Assembly: GCA_007695305.1 (NCBI GenBank)
Contig: REEA01000164.1
Coordinates: forward strand, 5,180 to 69,179
Direction: 5' to 3'
Origin: Bacteroidia bacterium
Lineage (GTDB): Bacteria > Bacteroidota > Bacteroidia > Bacteroidales > UBA7960
DNA: 64,000 nt
Shown: piece after piece, positions 49,224 to 59,305 of the stretch
How positions within the stretch are numbered: the stretch's first letter is position 1
How the letters are laid out: every line of letters starts with the position of its first letter
Made by a program: the position numbers and the translations under genes
The notes under the pieces: model-generated
Seen by the model: only the letters and a program-made list of their open reading frames with translations
Databases searched by the model: none
Told to the model about the DNA's origin: nothing

Positions 49224-51878
49224 ATGCATTTTATGAATCACTTTCTGTTAAAGATCAGCCGTTGGCCGGTCATTCTCTTGGTTTTGTTCTTTTCATGGGC
49301 TTGTTCAACCCAGAAAGACTCATTTGTAAATCGCGCATTCCATAGTGTTAACGCCAAGTATAACGGCTTTTTCAATGCCAGGGAAAGTTATAAAGAAGGC
49401 GTAAACCGCTTATCGGAGTTGCATATCGATAACTATGAGCAAATCCTGTCCATTTTCCGTTACGGAACCGAGCATGATGTATCAGCCATCAGTGGGAATA
49501 TGGATATTACCTACGAAAAAGCCAGCCTGGTTATCAGAAGGCACTCCATGAACATCAGGGGAGAGGAACATAACAAATGGATTGATGATTCTTATTTCCT
49601 GATCGGGCGCTCCCATTTTTTCAAGAGAGACTATACCCTTGCCATACTGACCTTTGAATACATCATAAGGCAATATGACACACAAAGAAAATATGACTCC
49701 AAGGTCTGGATCGCCAAATCCTATAATCAACAGCAACGGTATGAGCAAGCCATGCGGATGTTCGACATGCTGGAAAGAAATTACAGGGATGGTGTGTTGA
49801 CCGATGAAACCGTTGCATTGTTTCGAAAAGCCTTTGCAGACCACTATATCAGGCAGGAAAAATATGAACTCGCTGCTGCCCAGCTTGAAAAGGGAATTCC
49901 CTATGAGCGCAGCAGACGTGAGAGGTCACGTTTAACATTTATCCAGGCCCAGGTTTATCACCACTCCGAGCAATATGCCCTGGCCCAGCAAACCTATCAG
50001 AAGGTCCTAAATATGCGTCCCGACCGGAATATGGCATTTCAGGCCCGTATCGGAATGGCGTTGGCATACGACCCTTCTGTTGGCGGCGCTGCCCGCATAC
50101 GCGAAGAACTTATGGACATGCTTGGAGAGGACAGAAACAGGATGTATCGCGACCAGATCTATTATGCCCTTGCCCAGCTTGCCATGCGTCAAAACAACGA
50201 GCAGGAAGCAATCAGGATGTACAATAGATCAGTGGAGGTCAGTGAAGATAATGATGTACAGAAAGCCCTCTCTTTCCTGCGACTTGGAGAAATATATTTT
50301 GATCATCCCGATTATGAACGGGCCAACATCTATTATGACAGCTCAGTAACCTACCTCCCCCGAAGTTACGATAATTATGATAAAGTTAGCCGCAGGCAGC
50401 AAATTCTGTCAAGCCTTTCGCAGCTGAGCAAAGTGATTGCCCGCGAAGACAGTTTGCAACAACTGGCTGCCATGTCGCCCGAAGAACAATTAGCCATTGT
50501 TGACAAGATAATCGATGACCTGCGCGAACAGGAGAGGCTCAGGCAGGAAGCGGAAAGAGAAAGGATGCAGGCTATGAGAGACGCCGGCCGGATGGCCAGG
50601 CAAACCAGGGGCATGGGTGATCATGGCGGCAGCGGCTGGTATTTCTACAACCAAACAACCATCAGCAACGGAAAAATGGAGTTCTTCGGACGTTTCGGCG
50701 AACGCCCGCTGGAAGACCTCTGGAGGATCAGCAACCGGCAAATGATCGCAGGCGATTTTGGCATGGACATGCCGGGATTTGAAGATATGGAAGCCGAAGA
50801 AGATACCCTTGAAGTAGATGAATTTGACAGGGATACATACCTTAGAAATATCCCAACTACAGAAGAAAAAATGCTGGCATCAAAAAAACGGCAAATGCTG
50901 GCCTACTATAATATGGGGATGATTTTCAGAGACCAGCTGTCTAATAAGGATTTCGCAATCGGGAGCTTCAATAGTGTAGTACAGGGATTCCCCGGAATGG
51001 AAAAAGAGCTGCCCTCTTACTATCACATGTATTTTCTGCTCCGTGAACGCGGTGACATTTCTGCAGCTGAAATGGTAAAAAACAGTTTGATGAACCTTTA
51101 TCCCGACAGCGAATATGCCAAAATAATCGGTGACCCCGGATACGCCGACAGGGTGCGCAGCCGGCAGCGCCGCGCCGAAGATCTCTACCGGGAAGCCTAC
51201 AATGCATTTTTCGCAGGAAGATATCATGTGATAGAAAGAAACAAACAGGCATTGGATACCCTCGATGCCCCACGCGAACTAAAAGCAAGATTCGCATACC
51301 TGCATGCTCTGGCAATGGGAAAAACAGAAAAAAATGCGCAGTTCTATAACGAACTGAAACGAGTGGTTGATGAATTTGACGGAACACCCATACATCAACC
51401 GGCTTCTGTTCTGCTGGCCTCATTGGATGTCAGCAGCTTTGATATGCTTGCAGAAGAGGGCGGGGAACCCGGCTCCCGGCGCAGAAGAGATATCGAGCCC
51501 ATCGAATCTCCCTTCAATTATTCACCCGATGCTGTCCACTTTTTTGTATTTGTGGTGAATAGCAACAAAACCGATCCTGATGAACTGCTCGGTGCCATAC
51601 GTACCTTCAATAGCGAAGCATATGAAGAAAAAGGCCTGTCAGCAAGTAATATTTTCTATGATGAGAATAAACGACTGATTACCGTAACAAATTTCCAGGG
51701 TAAAGAAAACGGACTAAACTATTTCCGGAATCTCATAGCCTCCGAAAAAATTACAGAAGATCAGAAAGCATCCGCTGAACCGTTTATCATATCCGTGGAT
51801 AACTACCCGATGTTTTTCCAGGAAAGAGAAATAGAAGCCTACAGGTTCTTTTTTGACCATTATTATTCGGAACTTTAA
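49224..51878 (+). CDS. porW: TPR-repeat lipoprotein, PorW/SprE-like type IX secretion component
   Basis: The lipoprotein signal (LLVLFFSWACSTQKD) is followed by NRAFHSVNAKYNGFFNA and ...RHSMNIRGEEHNKWIDDSYFLIGRSHFF.... I recall this layout from SprE/PorW. The protein is ~885 aa with TPR-like repeats throughout. The start could be 49215, 49224 or 49233. Confidence 0.65.
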   Translation: MHFMNHFLLKISRWPVILLVLFFSWACSTQKDSFVNRAFHSVNAKYNGFFNARESYKEGVNRLSELHIDNYEQILSIFRYGTEHDVSAISGNMDITYEKASLVIRRHSMNIRGEEHNKWIDDSYFLIGRSHFFKRDYTLAILTFEYIIRQYDTQRKYDSKVWIAKSYNQQQRYEQAMRMFDMLERNYRDGVLTDETVALFRKAFADHYIRQEKYELAAAQLEKGIPYERSRRERSRLTFIQAQVYHHSEQYALAQQTYQKVLNMRPDRNMAFQARIGMALAYDPSVGGAARIREELMDMLGEDRNRMYRDQIYYALAQLAMRQNNEQEAIRMYNRSVEVSEDNDVQKALSFLRLGEIYFDHPDYERANIYYDSSVTYLPRSYDNYDKVSRRQQILSSLSQLSKVIAREDSLQQLAAMSPEEQLAIVDKIIDDLREQERLRQEAERERMQAMRDAGRMARQTRGMGDHGGSGWYFYNQTTISNGKMEFFGRFGERPLEDLWRISNRQMIAGDFGMDMPGFEDMEAEEDTLEVDEFDRDTYLRNIPTTEEKMLASKKRQMLAYYNMGMIFRDQLSNKDFAIGSFNSVVQGFPGMEKELPSYYHMYFLLRERGDISAAEMVKNSLMNLYPDSEYAKIIGDPGYADRVRSRQRRAEDLYREAYNAFFAGRYHVIERNKQALDTLDAPRELKARFAYLHALAMGKTEKNAQFYNELKRVVDEFDGTPIHQPASVLLASLDVSSFDMLAEEGGEPGSRRRRDIEPIESPFNYSPDAVHFFVFVVNSNKTDPDELLGAIRTFNSEAYEEKGLSASNIFYDENKRLITVTNFQGKENGLNYFRNLIASEKITEDQKASAEPFIISVDNYPMFFQEREIEAYRFFFDHYYSEL

Positions 51879-51898
51879 AATAGATGAAAAGGTTTTTT

Positions 51899-51906
51899 TA
51901 CCTTTG
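51899..51906 (+). promoter_or_regulatory. candidate -7 promoter box (TACCTTTG) ahead of the bactofilin and atp genes
   Basis: It matches TAnnTTTG 57 nt upstream of ATG 51964. Confidence 0.3.
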
Positions 51907-51963
51907 CTCCAATCCTCAACATGAATAATCACAAAGGATATTGTTCGTAAAAAAAGAAAAATA

Positions 51964-52350
51964 ATGATGGCGAAAAACAGAGAACCAGACGACACAAACT
52001 TCAACATCATCAGCTCAGGAACCACCATAAAGGGTGAAATTGATACCAAAGGAGATATTCGGATTGATGGAAAAATCATCGGCGAAGTTCGCTCTAACGG
52101 AAAAATCATTATTGGAAATACCGGCGTGGTAGAAGGTGACATTTATTGTGTCAATGCTGAATTTTCAGGAAAAATACAGGGGAAAGCCGAAATAGCTGAA
52201 CTTTTGGCCCTTAAGGAATCCGCAATTTTTAAAGGAGATATCATAACCAATAAATTATCCATCGAACCCGGAGCACGATTCTCAGGATCATGTTCAATGG
52301 AAAAAGAAGTTGCGCAACCACATAAAACCCCTGAAAGTAACAAAAAATAA
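51964..52350 (+). CDS. bactofilin-family polymer-forming cytoskeletal protein
   Basis: The beta-helical DUF583 pattern is present: IKGEIDTKGDIRIDGKIIGEVRSNGKIIIGNTGVVEGDIYCVNAEFSGKIQGKAEIAELLALKESAIFKGDIITNKLSIEPGARFSG. Confidence 0.85.
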   Translation: MMAKNREPDDTNFNIISSGTTIKGEIDTKGDIRIDGKIIGEVRSNGKIIIGNTGVVEGDIYCVNAEFSGKIQGKAEIAELLALKESAIFKGDIITNKLSIEPGARFSGSCSMEKEVAQPHKTPESNKK

Positions 52351-52381
52351 ATCGGTTGCTTTATAAGACATTGGTTTTTAA

Positions 52382-52768
52382 ATGGCGATTAATTTAACAT
52401 CCTTTGCCAGGCAGTTAACCATAATGGCCGGAATCCTTTTTTTCCTTTATTATGTGTTTCACCTTGTAATGCCGCAAAATTACACACCCTTTTTGTACTG
52501 GGCGGTAATTCCGTACTTCTATATCGTTGTAATGGGATCAAAATATGTATTAAATGTACTCACCGGGGGTCGCAAACGTGGTAAATTTGATGTCCATTTT
52601 GTCAATATCACCATGATTCGATTCCTCCTGTATGTTTCAGTCGTTCTGATTTACGCCTTTTTACGACCGGAGGATGCAATTGTATTTATTATCACTTTCT
52701 TTGTTTTCTATTTCTTCTTTACCCTTTTTGAAGTAGTCTTTTTATATCGTGACCTGAAAAAAGAATGA
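52382..52768 (+). CDS. small polytopic membrane protein in the AtpI/AtpZ position upstream of atpB
   Basis: 128 aa with four hydrophobic helices, directly preceding atpB. The function is inferred from position only. Confidence 0.6.
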   Translation: MAINLTSFARQLTIMAGILFFLYYVFHLVMPQNYTPFLYWAVIPYFYIVVMGSKYVLNVLTGGRKRGKFDVHFVNITMIRFLLYVSVVLIYAFLRPEDAIVFIITFFVFYFFFTLFEVVFLYRDLKKE

Positions 52769-52826
52769 TGATGATATAATCATATAATTATATTTGCCTC
52801 TTTCTTTTTAATGATTGGTTTTTAAT

Positions 52827-53954
52827 ATGCAATTACGGCATCTTTTCATAAATGCTAAAGCTTTTCTGATCGTATTTGCAACGATCGCGGTATATGTTTT
52901 TCCCGTTGCAGACACAAGAGCCGCTGAACACCAAAACATCAGTGATGCGGATAACCCCGAAATGAAATTTGATGCCAGAAAGGTAATTGTTGATCACGTG
53001 CTGGATAGTTATGACTGGCATTTGTTTGACATTGGTGAAAGGGAGTTCTCCATTCATCTGCCTGTGATCCTTCTTTATGAAGGCCGATTGTTCTTTTTTT
53101 CAAGCAAAAGATTTGATCACGGTTACGCAACATATAAAGGTTTCAGGCTTGCCAAAGAGGGGCCGATGAAAGGGCGGGCCATCAGGGTTTTAGACGATGG
53201 AATAACGCCGGACCCTGAAGCATCCCGAATTTACGATTTTTCGATGACAAAAAACGTACTCGCCGTATTTGTTGCATCTGCCTTGCTTTGCATGTTGTTT
53301 ATCAGCGTTGGGAAAAAATACAGGGAGGCTGATATATATTCAACACCAACTGGTTTACCCTTGTTTTTTGAACCGTTAATCCTCTTTGTTCGCGATCAGA
53401 TAGCCATACTGGCCATCGGCCCGCAAAAATATAAACCTTTTATGCCCTACCTGTTAACCGCATTCTTTTTTATATTTCTGAACAACTTACTGGGGCTGGT
53501 TCCTTTTTTTCCCGGGGGCGCAAATGTTACCGGCAATATTAGCGTTACCTTTGTGCTGGCCATGTTTACTTTTTTTACAACACACTGGTTTGCAAACAAA
53601 ACTTACTGGCAACATATGTTCAATATGCCCGGCGTCCCTATGTTTTTGAAACTCCCAATCCCCATTTTACCGGTAATTGAAATGGTGGGTGCATTTATCA
53701 AACCCTTTGTATTAATGATCAGGTTATTTGCCAATATAACAGCCGGACATATGGTAATATTAAGCCTTACTTCATTGATTTTTGTTTTGGGATCAGTAAG
53801 CATATTGATGGGTTATGCCATTTCGCCCTTAACAATAATATTTTTGATATTTTTGAATTTTTTGAAAATACTTGTAGCCTTTTTGCAAGCATATATTTTT
53901 ACTTTGTTTAGCGCCTTTTTCTTCGGAATGGCGGTTCCGGATCCGGATCACTAA
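52827..53954 (+). CDS. atpB: F0F1 ATP synthase subunit a
   Basis: The C-terminal half has LMIRLFANITAGHMV (essential Arg context). I prefer ATG 52827 to the tracked TTG 52815. Confidence 0.9.
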   Translation: MQLRHLFINAKAFLIVFATIAVYVFPVADTRAAEHQNISDADNPEMKFDARKVIVDHVLDSYDWHLFDIGEREFSIHLPVILLYEGRLFFFSSKRFDHGYATYKGFRLAKEGPMKGRAIRVLDDGITPDPEASRIYDFSMTKNVLAVFVASALLCMLFISVGKKYREADIYSTPTGLPLFFEPLILFVRDQIAILAIGPQKYKPFMPYLLTAFFFIFLNNLLGLVPFFPGGANVTGNISVTFVLAMFTFFTTHWFANKTYWQHMFNMPGVPMFLKLPIPILPVIEMVGAFIKPFVLMIRLFANITAGHMVILSLTSLIFVLGSVSILMGYAISPLTIIFLIFLNFLKILVAFLQAYIFTLFSAFFFGMAVPDPDH

Positions 53955-53980
53955 TTTTTATTAACCAAATTCTTAAAAAA

Positions 53981-54241
53981 ATGTCGTTACTCTTTGTATT
54001 GTTGAACAGTGTGGACATTGCCCACGAATGGATGAAGCTCGGTGCAGCCCTTACAGCTGTAATTGCAGTGTTTGGTGCCGCGTATGGTATCGCCAGCATC
54101 GCAAGAAGTGCCATCGATAACATTGCCAGGCAACCTGAAGCAGGAAACGATTTACGCTCATCAATGGTTGTCGCGGCTGCTCTTATCGAGGGTATCACCT
54201 TTTTTGCTCTCGTGATTGTACTGCTCACACTGTTTGTTTAA
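53981..54241 (+). CDS. atpE: F0F1 ATP synthase subunit c
   Basis: It forms a hairpin of two TM helices with the loop ARQPEAG and the carboxylate in AALIEGITFF. E followed by G suggests the proton type. Confidence 0.92.
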   Translation: MSLLFVLLNSVDIAHEWMKLGAALTAVIAVFGAAYGIASIARSAIDNIARQPEAGNDLRSSMVVAAALIEGITFFALVIVLLTLFV

Positions 54242-54307
54242 GCAAGATCTGCATTCAGTTTGGCCGGCCGGGTGTTCTCATTATACAGATACCCGGAATG
54301 CCTGATC

Positions 54308-54329
54308 ATTGCCGGCAAGACCCGGCAAT
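54308..54329 (+). promoter_or_regulatory. intra-operon stem-loop between atpE and atpF (possible attenuator or mRNA-stability element)
   Basis: The perfect 8-bp stem ATTGCCGG / CCGGCAAT has a 6-nt loop and is followed by a moderately U-rich tract. A second hairpin, CCGGGT (54268-54273) / ACCCGG (54291-54296), lies upstream. Confidence 0.3.
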
Positions 54330-54429
54330 ATTCAGCGTTATGTTTTCTGTTTGCAAGCCTGATTATTGGCCAATGCACAAAATTATCTGCATTTACACTA
54401 GTATTTGTTGCATTTAAAACAATTACATC

Positions 54430-54924
54430 ATGGAACTTTTAATGCCCGGACTGGGATTGATATTCTGGATGACAGTGTCTTTTGGTTTTGTATTGCTCAT
54501 TCTGAAAAAATACGCATGGAAACCCATCCTGAATGTTTTGAATAAGCGGGAAAAGGAACTGGCAAAATCATTCAGTGACGCTAAACGAATTGAATATGAA
54601 ATGAGTCAGTTGGCAACCATCAAGACAACAAAAATCGCAGAAGCTGAAAAAATCCACGATCAGATCATTGCCAAGGCAAAAGAAGAAGCAGAATCTATTG
54701 TCGCTCAAGCACGCGAACGTGCCCGGGAAGAAGCGCGGATCATAGCCGAGAAATCGGATGAATTGATTGAAAACTACAAAAAGGCGGCAATCCTTGAATT
54801 GAAAAGCCAGCTTTCCACTTTATCCATGGACATAGCGGAAAAGATCATTAATGAAGAATTCAGCGACAGGGACCGTAATGTACGCTATGTGAATAAACTC
54901 CTTAATTCGGTTGCCGAAAACTAA
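54430..54924 (+). CDS. atpF: F0F1 ATP synthase subunit b
   Basis: A single N-terminal TM (GLIFWMTVSFGFVLLILKKYAWKPI) precedes a long charged helix. Confidence 0.9.
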   Translation: MELLMPGLGLIFWMTVSFGFVLLILKKYAWKPILNVLNKREKELAKSFSDAKRIEYEMSQLATIKTTKIAEAEKIHDQIIAKAKEEAESIVAQARERAREEARIIAEKSDELIENYKKAAILELKSQLSTLSMDIAEKIINEEFSDRDRNVRYVNKLLNSVAEN

Positions 54925-54942
54925 TATAGACGGGAAAGCCGT

Positions 54943-55485
54943 ATGCCACAAAACAATCACATCCTGAATAAACGCTACGCCCGGGCACTATTGTCACTGG
55001 CGGATGAAAACAATATCCTCGAACGTTCTTACATGGACATGAGAAAGGTTTGTGAAGTTTTTGCATACAACAAAGAGTTGCTGATTATTATGAAAAGCCC
55101 GATGATCAGAACAGCCAAAAAGCAGAACGTGCTTACCCATCTTTTCGGCAAAGTTTTGCACCCGCTGATCCTCATGTATATGACCATTATTGTGAGGAAG
55201 CAACGTGGAAACATGTTGGAGGGCATAGCCTCTGCCTACCTTACTGTTTACAAGCAATACCTTGGCATCGAGGAAGTAAAGCTTACTACAGCCTTTCCTC
55301 TGGATGATGAGTTACGCAGCAAAGCATTGACAGCTGCAAAAAAGATGACGCCTCACCGGATTGAGTTCGTTGAAGAAGTGGATCCTTCAATCATCGGCGG
55401 TTTTATCCTGAACCTTGGCGAAAAACAATATAACGCCAGCGTGAAGCACCGTTTGCAACGATTTAAAAAACATTTGTATCAATAA
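54943..55485 (+). CDS. atpH: F0F1 ATP synthase subunit delta (OSCP)
   Basis: 180 aa with [10 protein letters not shown] at the N-terminus and a C-terminal ...IIGGFIL.... It sits between atpF and atpA. Confidence 0.88.
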   Translation: MPQNNHILNKRYARALLSLADENNILERSYMDMRKVCEVFAYNKELLIIMKSPMIRTAKKQNVLTHLFGKVLHPLILMYMTIIVRKQRGNMLEGIASAYLTVYKQYLGIEEVKLTTAFPLDDELRSKALTAAKKMTPHRIEFVEEVDPSIIGGFILNLGEKQYNASVKHRLQRFKKHLYQ

Positions 55486-55496
55486 TAAAAGGCAGC

Positions 55497-57095
55497 ATGG
55501 CTGAGATAAAACCATCGGAAATATCCGCCATATTAAGGCAGGAAATGGCCGGGTTTCAAATGGAAACCGAGCTTGAAGAAACAGGAACCGTTTTACAGGT
55601 AGGAGATGGTATTGCACGGATTTACGGACTGAGTAATGCATGGTCGGGTGAGATGATCCGTTGTAATGATGATGAGATGACCGCTGTTGTTCTTAACCTG
55701 GAGGAAGACAATGCCGGTATTGTGTTGCTTGGAGACTCGCGCAATCTGAAGGAGGGCGATCTTGTAAAACGTACTGGTCGGATTGTGTCGGTTAAAGCCG
55801 GTGAATCATTGTTGGGACGGGTAGTGAATACCCTTGGGCAGCCCATTGACGGAAAGGGACCTCTGGAAGGAGACTTGTATGAAATGCCCCTTGAACGAAA
55901 AGCTCCCGGAGTCATCTACCGTCAACCTGTAAACGAACCACTCCAAACGGGCATCAAAGCCATTGATGCCATGATACCTATTGGGCGCGGGCAACGTGAA
56001 CTAATCATCGGTGACAGGCAAACAGGTAAGACGGCCATCGCAATTGATACCATCATTAACCAAAAATCCTTTTTTGAGCAAGGTGACCCTGTTTATTGTA
56101 TCTATGTAGCAATCGGACAAAAGGGTTCAACTGTAGCCAATATTGTGGAACACCTGGAAAAACACGATGCAATGAAATATACCATCGTTGTATCTGCTAC
56201 CGCCAGTGATCCGGCTGCCATGCAGTTTTTTGCCCCATTCACCGGAGCAGCCATCGGAGAATTTTTCCGCGACACAGGTCGTCATGCGCTTGTAATCTAC
56301 GACGACCTTTCCAAACAAGCAGTATCTTACCGGGAAGTCTCCCTGTTGCTTCGACGACCCCCGGGTAGGGAAGCTTACCCCGGAGATATTTTCTATTTGC
56401 ACTCACGCCTCCTGGAAAGAGCAGCAAAAATTATCTCTGCCGATGATATAGCCCTGCAAATGAATGATATTCCTGAGGCCATCAAAGACCTGGTCAAAGG
56501 AGGTGGTTCCCTTACCGCACTGCCTGTGGTGGAAACACAGGCCGGCGATGTTTCCGCTTATATTCCTACCAATGTAATATCCATCACAGATGGGCAAATA
56601 TTCCTGGAATCCAATCTGTTTAATGCAGGAATCAGACCTGCAATAAATGTTGGTGTGTCGGTAAGCCGGGTGGGAGGGAATGCCCAAATGAAAGCCATGA
56701 AAAGAGTCGCCGGCACACTGAAAATTGATCAGGCCCAATACCGCGAGCTGGAAGCTTTTGCTAAGTTCGGTTCCGATCTTGACCCCGCAACACAAGCCGT
56801 CCTCGACAAAGGAGCGCGGAATGTGGAAATACTTAAACAAGGCCAGTACAAACCCCTGCCGGTGGAAGAACAAATCATGATGATCTATTGCGGCACCAAA
56901 GGATTGTTGATGGAGCTGCCTCTAAACAAAATTCAAAGGTTTGAATATGAACTCGTCACCCACATGAAGCAAAACCATGGAGAAGTCCTGAAATCCATTA
57001 ATAATGGTATCTGGAATGATGAAACCGTGCATACCATTGAAGCAGCCGTTAAACAAGTCATCCAATCAATAATGCATCCACCAGAGGATGAATAA
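55497..57095 (+). CDS. atpA: F0F1 ATP synthase subunit alpha
   Basis: It has the Walker A motif [15 protein letters not shown], plus ...[22 protein letters not shown]... and ...ITDGQIFLE.... Confidence 0.96.
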   Translation: MAEIKPSEISAILRQEMAGFQMETELEETGTVLQVGDGIARIYGLSNAWSGEMIRCNDDEMTAVVLNLEEDNAGIVLLGDSRNLKEGDLVKRTGRIVSVKAGESLLGRVVNTLGQPIDGKGPLEGDLYEMPLERKAPGVIYRQPVNEPLQTGIKAIDAMIPIGRGQRELIIGDRQTGKTAIAIDTIINQKSFFEQGDPVYCIYVAIGQKGSTVANIVEHLEKHDAMKYTIVVSATASDPAAMQFFAPFTGAAIGEFFRDTGRHALVIYDDLSKQAVSYREVSLLLRRPPGREAYPGDIFYLHSRLLERAAKIISADDIALQMNDIPEAIKDLVKGGGSLTALPVVETQAGDVSAYIPTNVISITDGQIFLESNLFNAGIRPAINVGVSVSRVGGNAQMKAMKRVAGTLKIDQAQYRELEAFAKFGSDLDPATQAVLDKGARNVEILKQGQYKPLPVEEQIMMIYCGTKGLLMELPLNKIQRFEYELVTHMKQNHGEVLKSINNGIWNDETVHTIEAAVKQVIQSIMHPPEDE

Positions 57096-57137
57096 GTACA
57101 GGAAAAAGCATAAGCCTTATCATTCAACTGTTCAGTA

Positions 57138-58028
57138 ATGCCCAGCCTGAAAGAAATACGCACCAGACTCGCTAGCGTGCGATCTACAAAAAAAATTACC
57201 AGCGCCATGAAAATGGTTGCTGCTTCAAGGCTGCGGAAAGTCCAGAATTACATCGTTTATCTCCGTGATTATGCCAAATTGGTGAAGGTCGTTCTCGAAG
57301 ATGTTATGGAACACCTGCCCCCCTCCGCCACCAGCGTATTTTCAAAAGAAAGAAAAAACAACGATACCCTGCTGATTTGTATCGGCTCCAATAAAGGACT
57401 GTGCGGTACATATAACGCCTTTCTCATCAAACATAGTTTAAGGGAAATATACCGCCTGCAGGAAGAAGGGGCAAAGGTTTCTGTCATGCCAATAGGCAGG
57501 AAAATTCAACAATTCTTTACAAAACGCGAATTTAATATCTTTAATCCGGCAGATGATTATATTGAAAAGGTAGATTATAATAGCGCGAAATCCCTGGCCG
57601 ATCAAATCATGAAACTCTATTTGGCAGAAAACTTTGCCAGGGTTTTGATTGTTTATAACCGTTTTAAAAACGCCGTGATTCATGATCTTTCTTCTGAACA
57701 GGTTTTGCCGGTACCCATTGAGGAAATAGATCATAATGAAGACAAAAGCGATGTTTATCCGGAAGATTTTGCGGCCATCCTGGAACCTGATACTGAAGAA
57801 GTGGTGGAATACATGACCCGCAAATTCATATACTACAATTTTTTTCGCATCATGCTTGACGCATCCGCTTCCGAACACGGTAGCCGGATGACCGCCATGC
57901 ATAAAGCGACCGACAATGCCGATGAAATGATCAAAAACCTCACACTCTCATACAACAAAGTGAGACAGGCTACCGTAACGAGAGAATTGATTGACATTGT
58001 CGGAGGTGCTGAAAGAACCTCCAGGTAA
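57138..58028 (+). CDS. atpG: F0F1 ATP synthase subunit gamma
   Basis: MPSLKEIRTRLASVRSTKKITSAMKMVAASRLRK at the N-terminus and C-terminal ...LTLSYNKVRQATVTRELIDIVGGAE. Confidence 0.93.
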   Translation: MPSLKEIRTRLASVRSTKKITSAMKMVAASRLRKVQNYIVYLRDYAKLVKVVLEDVMEHLPPSATSVFSKERKNNDTLLICIGSNKGLCGTYNAFLIKHSLREIYRLQEEGAKVSVMPIGRKIQQFFTKREFNIFNPADDYIEKVDYNSAKSLADQIMKLYLAENFARVLIVYNRFKNAVIHDLSSEQVLPVPIEEIDHNEDKSDVYPEDFAAILEPDTEEVVEYMTRKFIYYNFFRIMLDASASEHGSRMTAMHKATDNADEMIKNLTLSYNKVRQATVTRELIDIVGGAERTSR

Positions 58029-58033
58029 ACCTG

Positions 58034-58999
58034 CTATCTCCCGGCATTCTTAACCTGAATAATCTCAGCTGCTATACTGATGGCAATTTCAGCCGGCGTT
58101 TCACTTTTTATGGGAATGCCCATCGGTGAATGTACCTCCTGGAGCCGTTCCTCAGAAACACCCTGTATCCTCAGGTTTTCAAATATGGTTTTTACTTTAT
58201 TACGACTGCCTATCATACCCAGATATTTCAGGGGCATATGAACCATCTGACCCAATATCAATTGGTCGGATGCATGAGATACAGTCATGATCACCACATA
58301 TGCCGCCTGGGGGAACAGAATTTCTTTGTTGGCTTCTGTATAATCTATGCGTTTTTTCTGATGTGCAAAAGCATTTTCCTCCATCGTAGGCAGATTTTCG
58401 CGGTCATCCAGGACAATTACCCGGAAACCAAGCATGCGACACACCTCACTCATGGGATTGCTGATGTGACCACCCCCAAATATATACACCGTTTCGTCAG
58501 GTACTAAGCGCTCCTCATAACACCAGCTTTCCGGCTCAGCAGATGTATCCTTTAGGGGCAATCCGGCATTACCGGCAGTAAATGACGCCCCACCGGCAGA
58601 CAAAGAAAGGACTCCGCCACTACCTGTTGCAATACTGTTTTGAATGGCATGCAGTAAATCCAGGTTTTCCTCGTCAAACATGATAAAAGCATGATTCTGA
58701 GAACCTGCACATATTAAACCCGATGCCTCTTCACCTGCATTGGCCGAGTGTACCTGGTTCTTTAGAAAAGCACGTGCAACAGCCGAATCCAGTTCCTTCA
58801 GCGATAACTGCTTCAGCTGGTATTCCATCGGTCCGCCGCCAATGGAACCATAGCTCTCTCCATCCGAAGAAACAGCCATTTTAAACCCCTTTTTGCCAGG
58901 ACTGCTTCCACGAACTTCAATCACAACAATCAGCATAAGCCTGAAACCGGCTTCAATTTTTCCAAGCATGAAAGACCAGATATTTTCCATAATAAGCAA
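58034..58999 (-). CDS. XdhC/CoxI-family molybdenum-cofactor insertion accessory protein
   Basis: The N-terminal XdhC_CoxI pattern is (...VIEVRGSSPGKKGFKMAV...GSIGGG.ME). The C-terminal Rossmann-like domain is (VYIFGGGHIS...VIVLDDRE...YVVIMT.SH..D...GMIGSR.K). It ends 5 nt from the atpG stop, convergently. Confidence 0.8.
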   Translation of the reverse strand: MLIMENIWSFMLGKIEAGFRLMLIVVIEVRGSSPGKKGFKMAVSSDGESYGSIGGGPMEYQLKQLSLKELDSAVARAFLKNQVHSANAGEEASGLICAGSQNHAFIMFDEENLDLLHAIQNSIATGSGGVLSLSAGGASFTAGNAGLPLKDTSAEPESWCYEERLVPDETVYIFGGGHISNPMSEVCRMLGFRVIVLDDRENLPTMEENAFAHQKKRIDYTEANKEILFPQAAYVVIMTVSHASDQLILGQMVHMPLKYLGMIGSRNKVKTIFENLRIQGVSEERLQEVHSPMGIPIKSETPAEIAISIAAEIIQVKNAGR

Positions 59000-59305
59000 T
59001 TTAATATTCAGTTTATGAATCCCGGTTTCTTCGTCTGTTTTTTTGCATTACATGATCCCTTCACAAAAAAGCATTGGCACATTTCCCGGGAGATGCAAAT
59101 CAAAACAAAAATACCATCTTTTCTTAAATTCATCACATGGCAGAATTATACACAAAATTCCCATTTCGTCTTCGTTAAAAATCATACTATTCAAACAAAA
59201 GAAATATGTGTCAATATGCAATGATGATTGAGAAATAATCCGCAAAATATCCGCGGTATTTGCTGAAAAAACCATATCTTTAGCCCGATTCAAAATTATT
59301 TGATT

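Noticed and set aside
54260-54442. 60-codon TTG-initiated ORF filling the atpE-atpF spacer
   Set aside because: It has a weak start and an implausible composition, and it overlaps the atpF start. RNA structure explains the region better (see finding).
59075-59097. TGGCAC followed by TGCA in the xdhC / ygeY intergenic region, a sigma-54-like element
   Set aside because: The GG-to-GC spacing is 19 nt rather than the required 10 nt, so it does not fit the -24/-12 architecture.
59000-59305. The longest intergenic gap (306 nt), examined for an sRNA, riboswitch or small gene
   Set aside because: It is AT-rich. I found only short palindromes (TCCCGGGA, CCGCGG) and loosely repeated TTCGTC motifs, with no convincing fold, promoter-terminator pair or plausible ORF. 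I cannot exclude a regulatory site for ygeY/xdhC.
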